64,000 bases of DNA, taken from UHGV virus genome UHGV-1366603. One strand, given 5' to 3'. The position numbers and the translations under genes are program-made. Within the stretch, counting starts at the first letter, position 1, and every line of letters begins with the position of its first letter. This DNA comes from a virus. This document shows positions 9,454-17,809 of this stretch, one piece after another. The notes under the pieces were generated by a model. The model saw only the letters and a program-made list of their open reading frames with translations. It did no database searches and had not been told where the DNA came from.

Positions 9454-9885
9454 ATGAGAAAAGAACTAAAATCAGAGTTACGCGATTACATTCGTAAATA
9501 CCCAGCCAGTATTCCGGTACTGGCTTCACTCTCTCTGTCGGGTATGGACCTTAATACCTTAACGGTAGAAAAATTCCACGAAGTGGTAAAATCGTCGTAT
9601 CAAATTGTTACCGATATGTCGGTGCGGAAACGTGCTGATTACCCAGACGGTGATTTCGGTACAGAGATGTTCACAGACTACGCAGTTGCGTATCTGATGG
9701 GACGTCACTTTATCGATAAACTCAATACGGTTGTAGAAGGAGAAACAGTCACGGAAATTGTCAATGCTTGGCAACAACGTATTGTGAGTGACGCTTACTG
9801 TCGTCAAGCCTTAAAGAAAATGTCGGCGGTAGCATTAACCAATGACCAACGTGCTTTAGAGTTCCTTAAGCACAATTACGAATAA
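9454..9885 (+). CDS. Hypothetical protein, paralog of 10746..11177
   Basis: ATG at 9454 chosen over the track's GTG at 9442. N-terminus RKELKSELRDYIRKYP..VLA parallels LKDDIRNYIRNNP..VLA in the paralog. Confidence 0.5.
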   Translation: MRKELKSELRDYIRKYPASIPVLASLSLSGMDLNTLTVEKFHEVVKSSYQIVTDMSVRKRADYPDGDFGTEMFTDYAVAYLMGRHFIDKLNTVVEGETVTEIVNAWQQRIVSDAYCRQALKKMSAVALTNDQRALEFLKHNYE

Positions 9886-9906
9886 TTTACCAAAAGGAAA
9901 AGTACC

Positions 9907-10668
9907 ATGTTTAATATTGAGATTACCCCACTCGTTAAAACTGAAATCCGTCCGGTTCCTGAAGCACAGTTACTCGATCAACTTTATCATGTATTCCTGG
10001 ATAAAGGTGTACATTTCCGTGTAGAGCAGCTCAATGACGAAAGCATCGTATTCTACTGGACTCACAGCAACGATTATCTTTGCGATACTATCGCGAAAGA
10101 AATCGGCGAGTTACTCAACCCAGCAGAAGGTACCACGAACGCCTGGGCGGAACCTACCGAGACCGAACAACCGAAAGTCGAAGAACAGCAGAAAGACGAA
10201 CCACACGTCCTCTGGTACGAAGGTAAGAAGATTAAGGAAATTAAAGAAGCGTTAGAGACCCTCTATCCTGACGATTTAGGCATTTATTCGGATAACAGCA
10301 AGCTCGTCGTTCGATTGAAGAAAGACGATCGTAATCTCATGGAAGAAATTAGTTCTATCGTTAAGCTGATCGATAATGATGCCGTTCGACTTATTTCGAT
10401 TCATGGTATCGGAAAAGATACCGCTGATGAACTCATGCGTGTGGCTGTTCACGAACACAAGGAGAAAATTCATCAATCCGTTTACAAAGGCGAAACGCTC
10501 ACCGTTTTGATCGACAACGATGTTGAGGTTTTCAAATCATTAACGAACTTTTTGCGAATTGTTTCAACGGATTCTTATATCGAAAAAACACGTGCCCTGC
10601 TTCTCGAAAAGCTTTTTAATATTTACAACAAAGATTGCGATTGTCCTAATTGTCAAAAACGTCGTTAA
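9907..10668 (+). CDS. Hypothetical protein with C-terminal CDCPNC motif
   Basis: 253-aa ORF; acidic central region. Confidence 0.5.
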   Translation: MFNIEITPLVKTEIRPVPEAQLLDQLYHVFLDKGVHFRVEQLNDESIVFYWTHSNDYLCDTIAKEIGELLNPAEGTTNAWAEPTETEQPKVEEQQKDEPHVLWYEGKKIKEIKEALETLYPDDLGIYSDNSKLVVRLKKDDRNLMEEISSIVKLIDNDAVRLISIHGIGKDTADELMRVAVHEHKEKIHQSVYKGETLTVLIDNDVEVFKSLTNFLRIVSTDSYIEKTRALLLEKLFNIYNKDCDCPNCQKRR

Positions 10669-10692
10669 TTAACGACGTTCTAAATTCATCTA

Positions 10693-10725
10693 AAGGGGTG
10701 GTAAACCACCCCTCTATTATTGTAT
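10693..10725 (+). terminator. Intrinsic terminator
   Basis: Hairpin aggggtgg-taaa-ccacccct followed by T-rich tract. Confidence 0.55.
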
Positions 10726-10745
10726 TTACCTAAAGGAGTATTAAA

Positions 10746-11177
10746 ATGTTTTTCGTATTAAAAGATGATATCCGTAACTACATTCGTAACAATCCGATTG
10801 CTCTAGGCGTTTTAGCAGGTTTCTGTCGTCCAAATACTGACTTCGATTTAGTTAAGTTAGAAGAATATCAGGAAATTGTGAACACTACCTACATGCAGAT
10901 CTGTAGCTGGGGTAAACGTCCTCGTGAGGAGTACCCTGTTGGTGAGTTAGGTGACACCATGCACCGTGACCAGAACCTGATGCACGAATTCGTTGAATAC
11001 ACACTGGAAAATCTTAACTATCCACTCCTGGTCGACACTGTACCAGAAATGGTTGACGAATGGTTAAAACGTGTTTATAGCGATCCTACCGCCAACAAGT
11101 TACTGAGCCAGATGTCACAAACTTCTCGTGACATCGACACTCGTACGCTGATGTACTTAGCGCACAACGTACGTTAA
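10746..11177 (+). CDS. Hypothetical protein, paralog of 9454..9885
   Basis: 143-aa ORF with RBS aaggag; conserved N- and C-terminal blocks with the paralog. Confidence 0.5.
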   Translation: MFFVLKDDIRNYIRNNPIALGVLAGFCRPNTDFDLVKLEEYQEIVNTTYMQICSWGKRPREEYPVGELGDTMHRDQNLMHEFVEYTLENLNYPLLVDTVPEMVDEWLKRVYSDPTANKLLSQMSQTSRDIDTRTLMYLAHNVR

Positions 11178-11186
11178 TCTCTCTCC

Positions 11187-11240
11187 GCTATAGACTTCGG
11201 TCTATAGCGGAATTAATTTTCTTTCCCTTTTCTTTTTTGT
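11187..11240 (+). terminator. Intrinsic terminator
   Basis: Hairpin ccgctatagac-ttcg-gtctatagcgg followed by long T-rich tract. Confidence 0.7.
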
Positions 11241-11344
11241 TATTTTGACACCACTTTACTTACACCCCACCCGACTATTCCTATGCTGGCTGAGGGATGT
11301 AAAACGACCTCTTAAACCTTTTTTACTTACTGTGAGTTAACGCG

Positions 11345-12193
11345 ATGTCTCTTACGTCAAAACAGAAACTGCTAAAACTCATCAACACTGAAAACAATAT
11401 TAGTCCACCGTTGACTTTCAGTGATGTTGATATCGGAGAACCTACCGGTACTGGGGTTGATACCCAGGTGGTTCTGACCTCTAAACTCAAAGGCGATGAG
11501 TCTACTACTTTAACAGTGACTTACCACCGTCGTAATTTACCTGACTACCTAACCGGCGAGTTGGTATTCGGTAACGACAGTGTGGTAACCGCATCGGATT
11601 TGCTTAATGCGATTAACGCAAAATACAACCTAAATATTTTACCCTCGGATATCGTTGACGCAAAAGTTGAAGGCGAAACCCATCAGCTTACCGCTAACGA
11701 GAAATCTTACGAGTGGTGCGGTGTAGTAACACTTACGCTGCGTGATCCTATTGACCTGACTGAACTGTTACCGGTTACACAATTAGAGAATCTGGTAGAG
11801 TATCCGTCCACGAAGAAAGGTAACGCGGCGGTTTATTCTCACCCGATTGATTTCACCGCAGAAAAAGATTACCTTGACCCGATTACTATCAACGACACCG
11901 TCGACCTGGCTGAGTTAGCCACTAAACTGGCTAACGTCGTTGATGAGAAATGGGTAAGCGTGCCTAAGAACGCGGCTAACAACCTGTTCGGTGCGAGGGT
12001 TATTTACGATGGTCCAACCGCAGGTTACGAAGGCGCAAATACGAAGTTCACACGTGTGTTGGTGCTGACGCTCAGCCCGCTGTGTTCTAACCTGACCGGT
12101 AATCTGTTAATCCACTTTAACGGCACCGATCGTCCGAAGTCGAAGATTGAATTAGCGCAGACTAATCCGGTCTTACCGGGATTCTTAGATTAA
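11345..12193 (+). CDS. Hypothetical protein, member of dispersed NTKVTLTA/Y-R-L family
   Basis: 282-aa ORF; N-terminal SDVDIGEPTG...TTLTVTYHRRNL. Confidence 0.5.
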   Translation: MSLTSKQKLLKLINTENNISPPLTFSDVDIGEPTGTGVDTQVVLTSKLKGDESTTLTVTYHRRNLPDYLTGELVFGNDSVVTASDLLNAINAKYNLNILPSDIVDAKVEGETHQLTANEKSYEWCGVVTLTLRDPIDLTELLPVTQLENLVEYPSTKKGNAAVYSHPIDFTAEKDYLDPITINDTVDLAELATKLANVVDEKWVSVPKNAANNLFGARVIYDGPTAGYEGANTKFTRVLVLTLSPLCSNLTGNLLIHFNGTDRPKSKIELAQTNPVLPGFLD

Positions 12194-12206
12194 GAGGATT
12201 ACAGTA

Positions 12207-12704
12207 ATGGCCAATCAAGAAACTATCTTCGACCTTATTAAAAAGGCTAACCCAGACGCCGAGTTCGACACCACTAAAGTCACGCTGGGTGATCCGGTCG
12301 TAACCACTGGTACTTACAATACCGAAATTACGGTTGCGTCGATTAAGAATCTCGGTTACACTAACAAACAAACGTTCCAGTATAACCGCATTGACGCAGG
12401 TTTGTATTTCCTGAACGTATTACCGAAGCTGTTAGTGGAGTCTGCAACGACTACCGCTGACTTACTGCCCGTCATTAACGAGCAGTACAGCCTAACCCTT
12501 ACAGAAGACGACGTGTGGGTAGAACAGGTTGGTGAGTTACCGTTAGACGGTAGCGCAATCGAACACGGTATTTTCTTCCGTCCTGAATGTTTAACCTGGG
12601 TAGGCGGTTTTACGGTGCGCGTTGCACGTAAACCTGCTGAAGATGTTGAACCTGCGCCGAAAGCAGCTAAAGCACGTACAACTCGTGCACGAAAATCCAA
12701 GTAA
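12207..12704 (+). CDS. Hypothetical protein, same family, with Lys/Arg-rich C-terminal tail
   Basis: 165-aa ORF; TKVTLGDPVV...TFQYNRID; C-terminus PKAAKARTTRARKSK. Confidence 0.5.
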   Translation: MANQETIFDLIKKANPDAEFDTTKVTLGDPVVTTGTYNTEITVASIKNLGYTNKQTFQYNRIDAGLYFLNVLPKLLVESATTTADLLPVINEQYSLTLTEDDVWVEQVGELPLDGSAIEHGIFFRPECLTWVGGFTVRVARKPAEDVEPAPKAAKARTTRARKSK

Positions 12705-12708
12705 GATT

Positions 12709-12746
12709 TGGGTGGGGTAAAACCCACCCAACGTTTTTCTTTTTTG
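12709..12746 (+). terminator. Intrinsic terminator
   Basis: Hairpin tgggtgggg-taaaa-ccccaccca followed by T-run. Confidence 0.7.
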
Positions 12747-12768
12747 TGTAAAATGGGAGTTAAACAAA

Positions 12769-13359
12769 ATGGCTGAACGTTGGACTAAAGAAGGTATTAT
12801 TGAATCCAAAACGGATTTAGAAGGCGGGTACGTCAACGACCCTGACGATTTAGGTGCAGAAACGAACCACGGTATCACGGTAACGACTGCACGTGAGTAC
12901 GGTTATAAAGGGAAAATGAAAGACCTTACCCGTACTCAAGCATTCGATATCTACGATCGTGGTTGGTGGAAGAAACTCAAACTCGATGAGATTTTCGCTA
13001 TCTCGCCTTTACTGGCTGACAGAATGTTTGATTTCGGGATTAACGCAGGGCGTGCTAACTGTGTGAAATCGCTACAGCGTATTCTCAACGTGTTGAACAA
13101 CGAAGGTAAACTCTACGCGGACATCGATGTTGACGGTGGAATGGGGCCTAAAACGCTGGGTGCGTTGAACGCGTACCTGAAATACCGTAAAGATGAAGGG
13201 CTAAGCATTTTAATCTTTGCGTTAATCTCGCACCAAGTAACTTACTACACGGAAATCTCCGAGAAACGTAAGCGAAACGAGAAATACACCTACGGCTGGT
13301 ACGGCCGCGTGTTCAGAGAAATGGCAGATTATGCGGTAAAAGCGGGGTTAGTAAAATGA
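12769..13359 (+). CDS. Endolysin: GH108-like lysozyme with C-terminal peptidoglycan-binding domain
   Basis: N-terminal EGGYVNDPDDLGAETNHGIT is characteristic of glycoside hydrolase family 108; C-terminal region resembles a PG_binding_3-type domain. Confidence 0.75.
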   Translation: MAERWTKEGIIESKTDLEGGYVNDPDDLGAETNHGITVTTAREYGYKGKMKDLTRTQAFDIYDRGWWKKLKLDEIFAISPLLADRMFDFGINAGRANCVKSLQRILNVLNNEGKLYADIDVDGGMGPKTLGALNAYLKYRKDEGLSILIFALISHQVTYYTEISEKRKRNEKYTYGWYGRVFREMADYAVKAGLVK

Positions 13360-13460
13360 ACTGGTTTGCTAAACTCTTAGCGTTATTGTGGAAAGCGTTA
13401 ACGTCTGGTCGAAAACGTAAAGACGAAAAACGTGGGCAAGAATTCTTCTGGTTTTTGTAA
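13356..13460 (+). CDS. Small ORF (34 aa) with hydrophobic N-terminus and basic C-terminus
   Basis: ATGA overlap with the endolysin stop; MNWFAKLLALLWKALTSGRKRKDEKRGQEFFWFL. Below the ORF-track length cut-off. Confidence 0.3.
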   Translation: MNWFAKLLALLWKALTSGRKRKDEKRGQEFFWFL

Positions 13461-13466
13461 GGAAAG

Positions 13467-14141
13467 GTGTGGGTAATGGAGAAGCTTCAATATAAACGTT
13501 TAGATAATAAGTGGTTTGTATTAACGGAGGATTACCATTATCCGTTTACGTTACGTGAGATTTATCACGACCACGTACACTTAGACCGTGCGGTTTATTT
13601 AACGGGCGTATTACCTGACACGCAACTGTGGTTAACAGCACCGAAAGGGTTCGTAACGGACTTAGCGTCGATACCCGAACACTTACAGGGAATTTTCCAT
13701 CCCGACGGGCCTTGGGCACCGGCTGCGTGTATTCACGACTTGTTATACCAGAAATGCAGTACGGAACGTAGCTACCCTATGACACCCGGTGGTAACGTTT
13801 CTCGAATTATCGATAAAGAGTTCGCTGACTTAACGTTTCTGCGTATTATGCAGTCGTTAGAAATCTCACCGTATATCTGCCAAACGTTTTATAAAGCTGT
13901 TGTAGGTTTCGGTTGGGATGCTTACGTAGACCCTAACGCGAAACCGTCTTATTCCACTAACGACTACCGTACGTTAGATTACAATCGAAACTATTTGTTC
14001 GTTCGCGAGTTTAAGGAACCTGCTATTCCTGACCACGAACGTGTTGATATCACCACAGGTTGTCCCGTTAATGTCAAATACCTGAACATTAAACGGGCTT
14101 TTCTGTCTGGGAGGGAAGATGTTTCATCCAAATCCGAGTAA
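13467..14141 (+). CDS. Hypothetical protein, possibly DUF1353-like
   Basis: Motif GFVTDLASIP...IHDLLYQ resembles DUF1353-type proteins (from memory). Confidence 0.45.
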   Translation: MWVMEKLQYKRLDNKWFVLTEDYHYPFTLREIYHDHVHLDRAVYLTGVLPDTQLWLTAPKGFVTDLASIPEHLQGIFHPDGPWAPAACIHDLLYQKCSTERSYPMTPGGNVSRIIDKEFADLTFLRIMQSLEISPYICQTFYKAVVGFGWDAYVDPNAKPSYSTNDYRTLDYNRNYLFVREFKEPAIPDHERVDITTGCPVNVKYLNIKRAFLSGREDVSSKSE

Positions 14142-14634
14142 TTTTAAAATCAAAGAGTTAGTACCACAATCGTACATCGCCAAATACGGCGATTCTGCAA
14201 TTCGGTTTATGAACCCGTTGTTAATGATTTCGCTACAACAGATTCGTAACCGTTTCGGCAGAATGGTGATTAACTCGTCTGCTGCGCAACAGCGTGGCCT
14301 AAGAACCTTAGACTTTTTCATCAACCAAGAAAAGCCTAAGGGCGGTAACTATAAACAACGTGCGTTACAACTCTACTCTGATTCAGGGAGTCAGCACAAG
14401 TTCGGCAACGCATTTGATGCGACTCTGTTAGATTCAACGGTAAAACAAGTCCACGATTACATCGCCGCCAATCCTGATGAGTTTCCGTTTATTCACTTTA
14501 TTGAATGCGACATCAGTTGGTTACATATCGATGTTCGTAACCAACCGAATATCACGTTCTGGTCACCGAATCGGGGTACTGTGAAAGTCGTGAAACAAAG
14601 CCCTATCGATTGGAGCGCCTTAGTTAAAATCTAA
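14119..14634 (+). CDS. Peptidase M15-like cell wall hydrolase
   Basis: SQHKFGNAFDA and WLHIDV fit the zinc-binding H..D / H motifs of M15 peptidoglycan peptidases. Confidence 0.6.
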   Translation: MFHPNPSNFKIKELVPQSYIAKYGDSAIRFMNPLLMISLQQIRNRFGRMVINSSAAQQRGLRTLDFFINQEKPKGGNYKQRALQLYSDSGSQHKFGNAFDATLLDSTVKQVHDYIAANPDEFPFIHFIECDISWLHIDVRNQPNITFWSPNRGTVKVVKQSPIDWSALVKI

Positions 14635-14725
14635 GCGCGTAATCCGAAACTTAGGGTGATTGTACCTTATTTTGTATAAACCGTCTTAGAACGCGTTCTA
14701 GCGCGTTTTACGGACAAAATAAACC

Positions 14726-14757
14726 TACCCTCCTGCTAAGCAGGAGGGTATTTATTA
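14726..14757. terminator. Bidirectional intrinsic terminator between convergent genes
   Basis: Hairpin taccctcctg-ctaa-gcaggagggta flanked by T-rich sequence on both strands. Confidence 0.65.
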
Positions 14758-15234
14758 TTCTACCGGGTGCAACATAGTGCCGGTATCTGGAATGCTGCCT
14801 TCGTGACATCTGAAGAACGTTACACCTTTACCTTCACCCGTTTTGTAGTTGACGGTAGAATACGCAAACGTTGGGGTTTTCGACAGTAACCCGTTTACAC
14901 GGTAATAGCGCTCACCGGTAACGACGTTTAAGTTACCGTCCACCTTACCTAACAGGTCTTTATAAAGTTGCGGAGATTCAATTTTACCTTCGTCCCATGT
15001 AGCGACCCAATTCGCCCCTGTATCCATGACTAACACCGAAAGGGGCATCAGTTTTAGACTAGACGGTACGGGTTTAAAATCGTCGAATTCTTGAGAAGCA
15101 CCTGTACAGGTGTAAATGACCATATCGTGTTGGTCAACAGGTACGGTGGAGAACTGACCTTCTGCGTTCGGCTGAATAGCACAACTTGCCAATGTCATTA
15201 CAAAAGCAACGACCACGAGAATGCGTTTTAGCAT
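14755..15234 (-). CDS. Putative lipoprotein
   Basis: Signal peptide MLKRILVVVAFVMTLASC with lipobox L-A-S-C; 159 aa; opposite orientation to neighbours. Confidence 0.6.
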   Translation of the reverse strand: MLKRILVVVAFVMTLASCAIQPNAEGQFSTVPVDQHDMVIYTCTGASQEFDDFKPVPSSLKLMPLSVLVMDTGANWVATWDEGKIESPQLYKDLLGKVDGNLNVVTGERYYRVNGLLSKTPTFAYSTVNYKTGEGKGVTFFRCHEGSIPDTGTMLHPVE

Positions 15235-15372
15235 AATCTCACCCTTATTAAAATTAAGAAAAATTATTTTTTCAGGTTAGCGCCTACTGCCAACCGTCAT
15301 ATCTATATTTTAGTAAATGTCTAAAATAACTTTCTTATGCAATCCACCCCTACCACTTACGAGGTAAAAACG

Positions 15373-15909
15373 ATGGCTAAAGCCTTCAATCAGCAGCTTA
15401 TCGAAGCTGTAAAAGCCAAAAACCCTGAAACTGCTTCTAATCTAACCGTAGAAGACGTTGACTTTGGTGCCGTAGAAGCACATAGCGGAAACGGTGGCCG
15501 TAACACCAAAGTTACGCTGACTGCAAAAGAAGAAAGTGCTAACTTTACTGGCAGTAAAGAATTCCACTACACTCGTCTGGCTTCTCAAGATCTGATCGGT
15601 GCCAAAGCTTACGAACAAGCCGGTAGCCTCGATCTGGAAAACTCTGTCATCGTAACCAAACTCAACGAAGAAATGGTTACTAAAGGTTATACCGATGACG
15701 CTTTCGCTGAAGGCGAACTGACCATTGAGAAAACTGAAGGGGATAGCGGCGCTAAAGTTTACACCGTTAAAGTAAACGATGCACACATTAAATTCCTGGC
15801 TGGTACTATTGCCGTCTTCACTTATTCCAACCCAGCTCCTGAGAAGGTAGCACTGAGCGGTCTGGAAGGTGAACTTGATGGCTTCACTGCACCGGGTGTC
15901 GGTGGCTAA
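15373..15909 (+). CDS. Hypothetical protein, NTKVTLTA family, paralog of 15980..16510
   Basis: Start at ATG 15373 (RBS gaggtaaaaacg). Shares NTKVTLTA...(F)HYxRL and C-terminal GELDGFTA with the next gene. Confidence 0.55.
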   Translation: MAKAFNQQLIEAVKAKNPETASNLTVEDVDFGAVEAHSGNGGRNTKVTLTAKEESANFTGSKEFHYTRLASQDLIGAKAYEQAGSLDLENSVIVTKLNEEMVTKGYTDDAFAEGELTIEKTEGDSGAKVYTVKVNDAHIKFLAGTIAVFTYSNPAPEKVALSGLEGELDGFTAPGVGG

Positions 15910-15917
15910 GTAAGCGA

Positions 15918-15950
15918 AATCGGGGGGGGGTGACCTCCCCCGATATTTCT
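15918..15950 (+). terminator. Intrinsic terminator
   Basis: G/C-rich hairpin atcggggg...cccccgat followed by T-rich tract. Confidence 0.65.
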
Positions 15951-15979
15951 CTATCTCGTTTTATTAAGGACCTAAGATA

Positions 15980-16510
15980 ATGGCCGCTACTAACCAGATG
16001 ATGTTGGTCGCGCTTTATAATGCTGCTAACACTGAGCTACCGCATCAGATTACTGATAAAGAAGTGTCCTTTGGTCTCCCTACTGCGCTGGAAGGCGAAA
16101 GTAAGAATACCAAAGTTACCATGACTGCACTACCGGGTTCTGAGAATTTCAAAGGCGAAATCGAACTGCATTACGATCGTCTGGAGCCGGGTGTTGTAGG
16201 ACGGATTGAACTAACTGACGATCTGTCTCGCTGGGTTCAAGAAAATGAACTCCGCGCTTGGTTACAATATTACATCAACAAAGTAAAACCTGACGACGCT
16301 ATCGCACCAGGCGACGTTGTGTACAACACCGAAGACCAGAAAGACGAACATGAAAACGTCACTCTGCGTACCGTGACGTGCACCGTTACCGAAAAGAACC
16401 TCCGTTATAAACCGGGTGTAATGGCAACTTTCGTAATTACACCGAAGGTTGTCGATAATCGTATTGACCTGGCCACCACCAACGGTGAGTTGGACGGTTT
16501 TACTGCTTAA
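15980..16510 (+). CDS. Hypothetical protein, NTKVTLTA family
   Basis: 176-aa ORF; NTKVTMTALPGSENFKGEIELHYDRL; ends GELDGFTA. Confidence 0.55.
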   Translation: MAATNQMMLVALYNAANTELPHQITDKEVSFGLPTALEGESKNTKVTMTALPGSENFKGEIELHYDRLEPGVVGRIELTDDLSRWVQENELRAWLQYYINKVKPDDAIAPGDVVYNTEDQKDEHENVTLRTVTCTVTEKNLRYKPGVMATFVITPKVVDNRIDLATTNGELDGFTA

Positions 16511-16540
16511 TCGCTAAGTCAACTACTATAACAAAAAATA

Positions 16541-16573
16541 ATAAGTTTACCTACCTCCGTAAAGGAGGTAGGT
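16541..16573. terminator. Bidirectional intrinsic terminator; 3' end of the long minus-strand operon
   Basis: Hairpin acctacctcc-gtaa-aggaggtaggt with T-runs on both sides. Confidence 0.7.
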
Positions 16574-16589
16574 ATTTTTTTGCCGCTAA

Positions 16590-17261
16590 TTACAGCCCTT
16601 GCTCTAATGCAAACGCTTTAATTGAATCGTAATCACGGGCTTCGGCCCAAGCTCTGACTTCTTTTTTCTGTTCCGTCATTGCCTGATGCAGTTGCTGGTC
16701 GCGTTGCACAATAGCACCCAACAGTGTTTTGCACTGCTCTACCGTAAACGGTTCGATACGGGTGTTGTTGGCCGTTAACCAGTACGCTGGCGCGGTTTCT
16801 GATTGAATATAACGACTCAGCGCTACCTGTGACTTCTCATCTGCCTGGAAAGTGAAATCACCCACCTGAATCTCGGCATAGCGCGCATCCTGATAACGGA
16901 ATTCCAATGCGCTCAGGATTTTCTGAACATCGGTAAAGATATAGCGTACGGTGGAACGTAACCCCGTACGAATCTCTTCCAAGTCAATTCCCAACGTGTC
17001 GTTAACAAAGTCTTTCGCTTTCTGTAGCGTAAAACGAGCTTCGATTTCAGACATGTCGTAGTTACGCATTTGTTCCAACGCTTCACGATCAGACATCCCA
17101 TCAATCAATTTATAGTGCAGTAACGCGCAAAAACCCGTACGACCATGATCTTCGCTACCGATTTTTTCCATATAGTTACCATGGCGGTCAATCGGTAAAT
17201 CGTGCTCAAAATAACGACGACGGATTTCTTCTTTCGTTAAGCCTTCACCAGTAGCAGACAT
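16590..17261 (-). CDS. Hypothetical protein, last gene of radical SAM cassette
   Basis: 223-aa ORF overlapping the upstream gene by 25 nt. Confidence 0.55.
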   Translation of the reverse strand: MSATGEGLTKEEIRRRYFEHDLPIDRHGNYMEKIGSEDHGRTGFCALLHYKLIDGMSDREALEQMRNYDMSEIEARFTLQKAKDFVNDTLGIDLEEIRTGLRSTVRYIFTDVQKILSALEFRYQDARYAEIQVGDFTFQADEKSQVALSRYIQSETAPAYWLTANNTRIEPFTVEQCKTLLGAIVQRDQQLHQAMTEQKKEVRAWAEARDYDSIKAFALEQGL

Positions 17262-17809
17262 TCATCGTCTCCTTTAATCAATCCTAATTCGATTAACAGT
17301 TCAAAATCGATATGGCGGAATCTTGTATCGAAATCCGATTCCCAATCGATGCGGATACCCTGGCACTCTTCTGCCGTTAGCTCGGGAAAAATTACGGTAT
17401 TAAATTTCTCACGCTCATCGTAAAACCCATCAATCGGTGAGTTCGGGTTACGCGTTGCGAAAATAGTAATACCGGGGAAAGATAATGCTAACACAGTGAT
17501 AGACTCTGCGCTGGGTTCGCTTAAAGAGCGGCGTAGAAACGCAATTTTGTGGCGTGGGAAGTCCAATACGCGTTCTTCAAACCCTGGATTACGTTTTTCG
17601 ATTTCCGCTACCGACAGGTCAGTAAGTTCGGTGCAATACATTGGGATGATTACAGTCACGCCGTGGCGAATCATTAAACGTTTTACGTCATCAGTAAAAT
17701 CTTCACCGTTAATCATCACGTAACAACCGAATAGCTTACTGTTCTCCAGAAACTTATCCAGAAGTCGAATTCTACGCTTCGTAATATTGTTGATCAGAAT
17801 TGGTTTCAT
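17237..17809 (-). CDS. Hypothetical protein in radical SAM cassette
   Basis: 190-aa ORF overlapping the radical SAM gene 3' end. Confidence 0.5.
   Translation of the reverse strand: MKPILINNITKRRIRLLDKFLENSKLFGCYVMINGEDFTDDVKRLMIRHGVTVIIPMYCTELTDLSVAEIEKRNPGFEERVLDFPRHKIAFLRRSLSEPSAESITVLALSFPGITIFATRNPNSPIDGFYDEREKFNTVIFPELTAEECQGIRIDWESDFDTRFRHIDFELLIELGLIKGDDECLLLVKA

Noticed and set aside
11245-11287. TTGACA hexamer at 11245-11250 as a sigma70 -35 element
   Set aside because: No acceptable -10 hexamer at 16-19 bp spacing; left unannotated.
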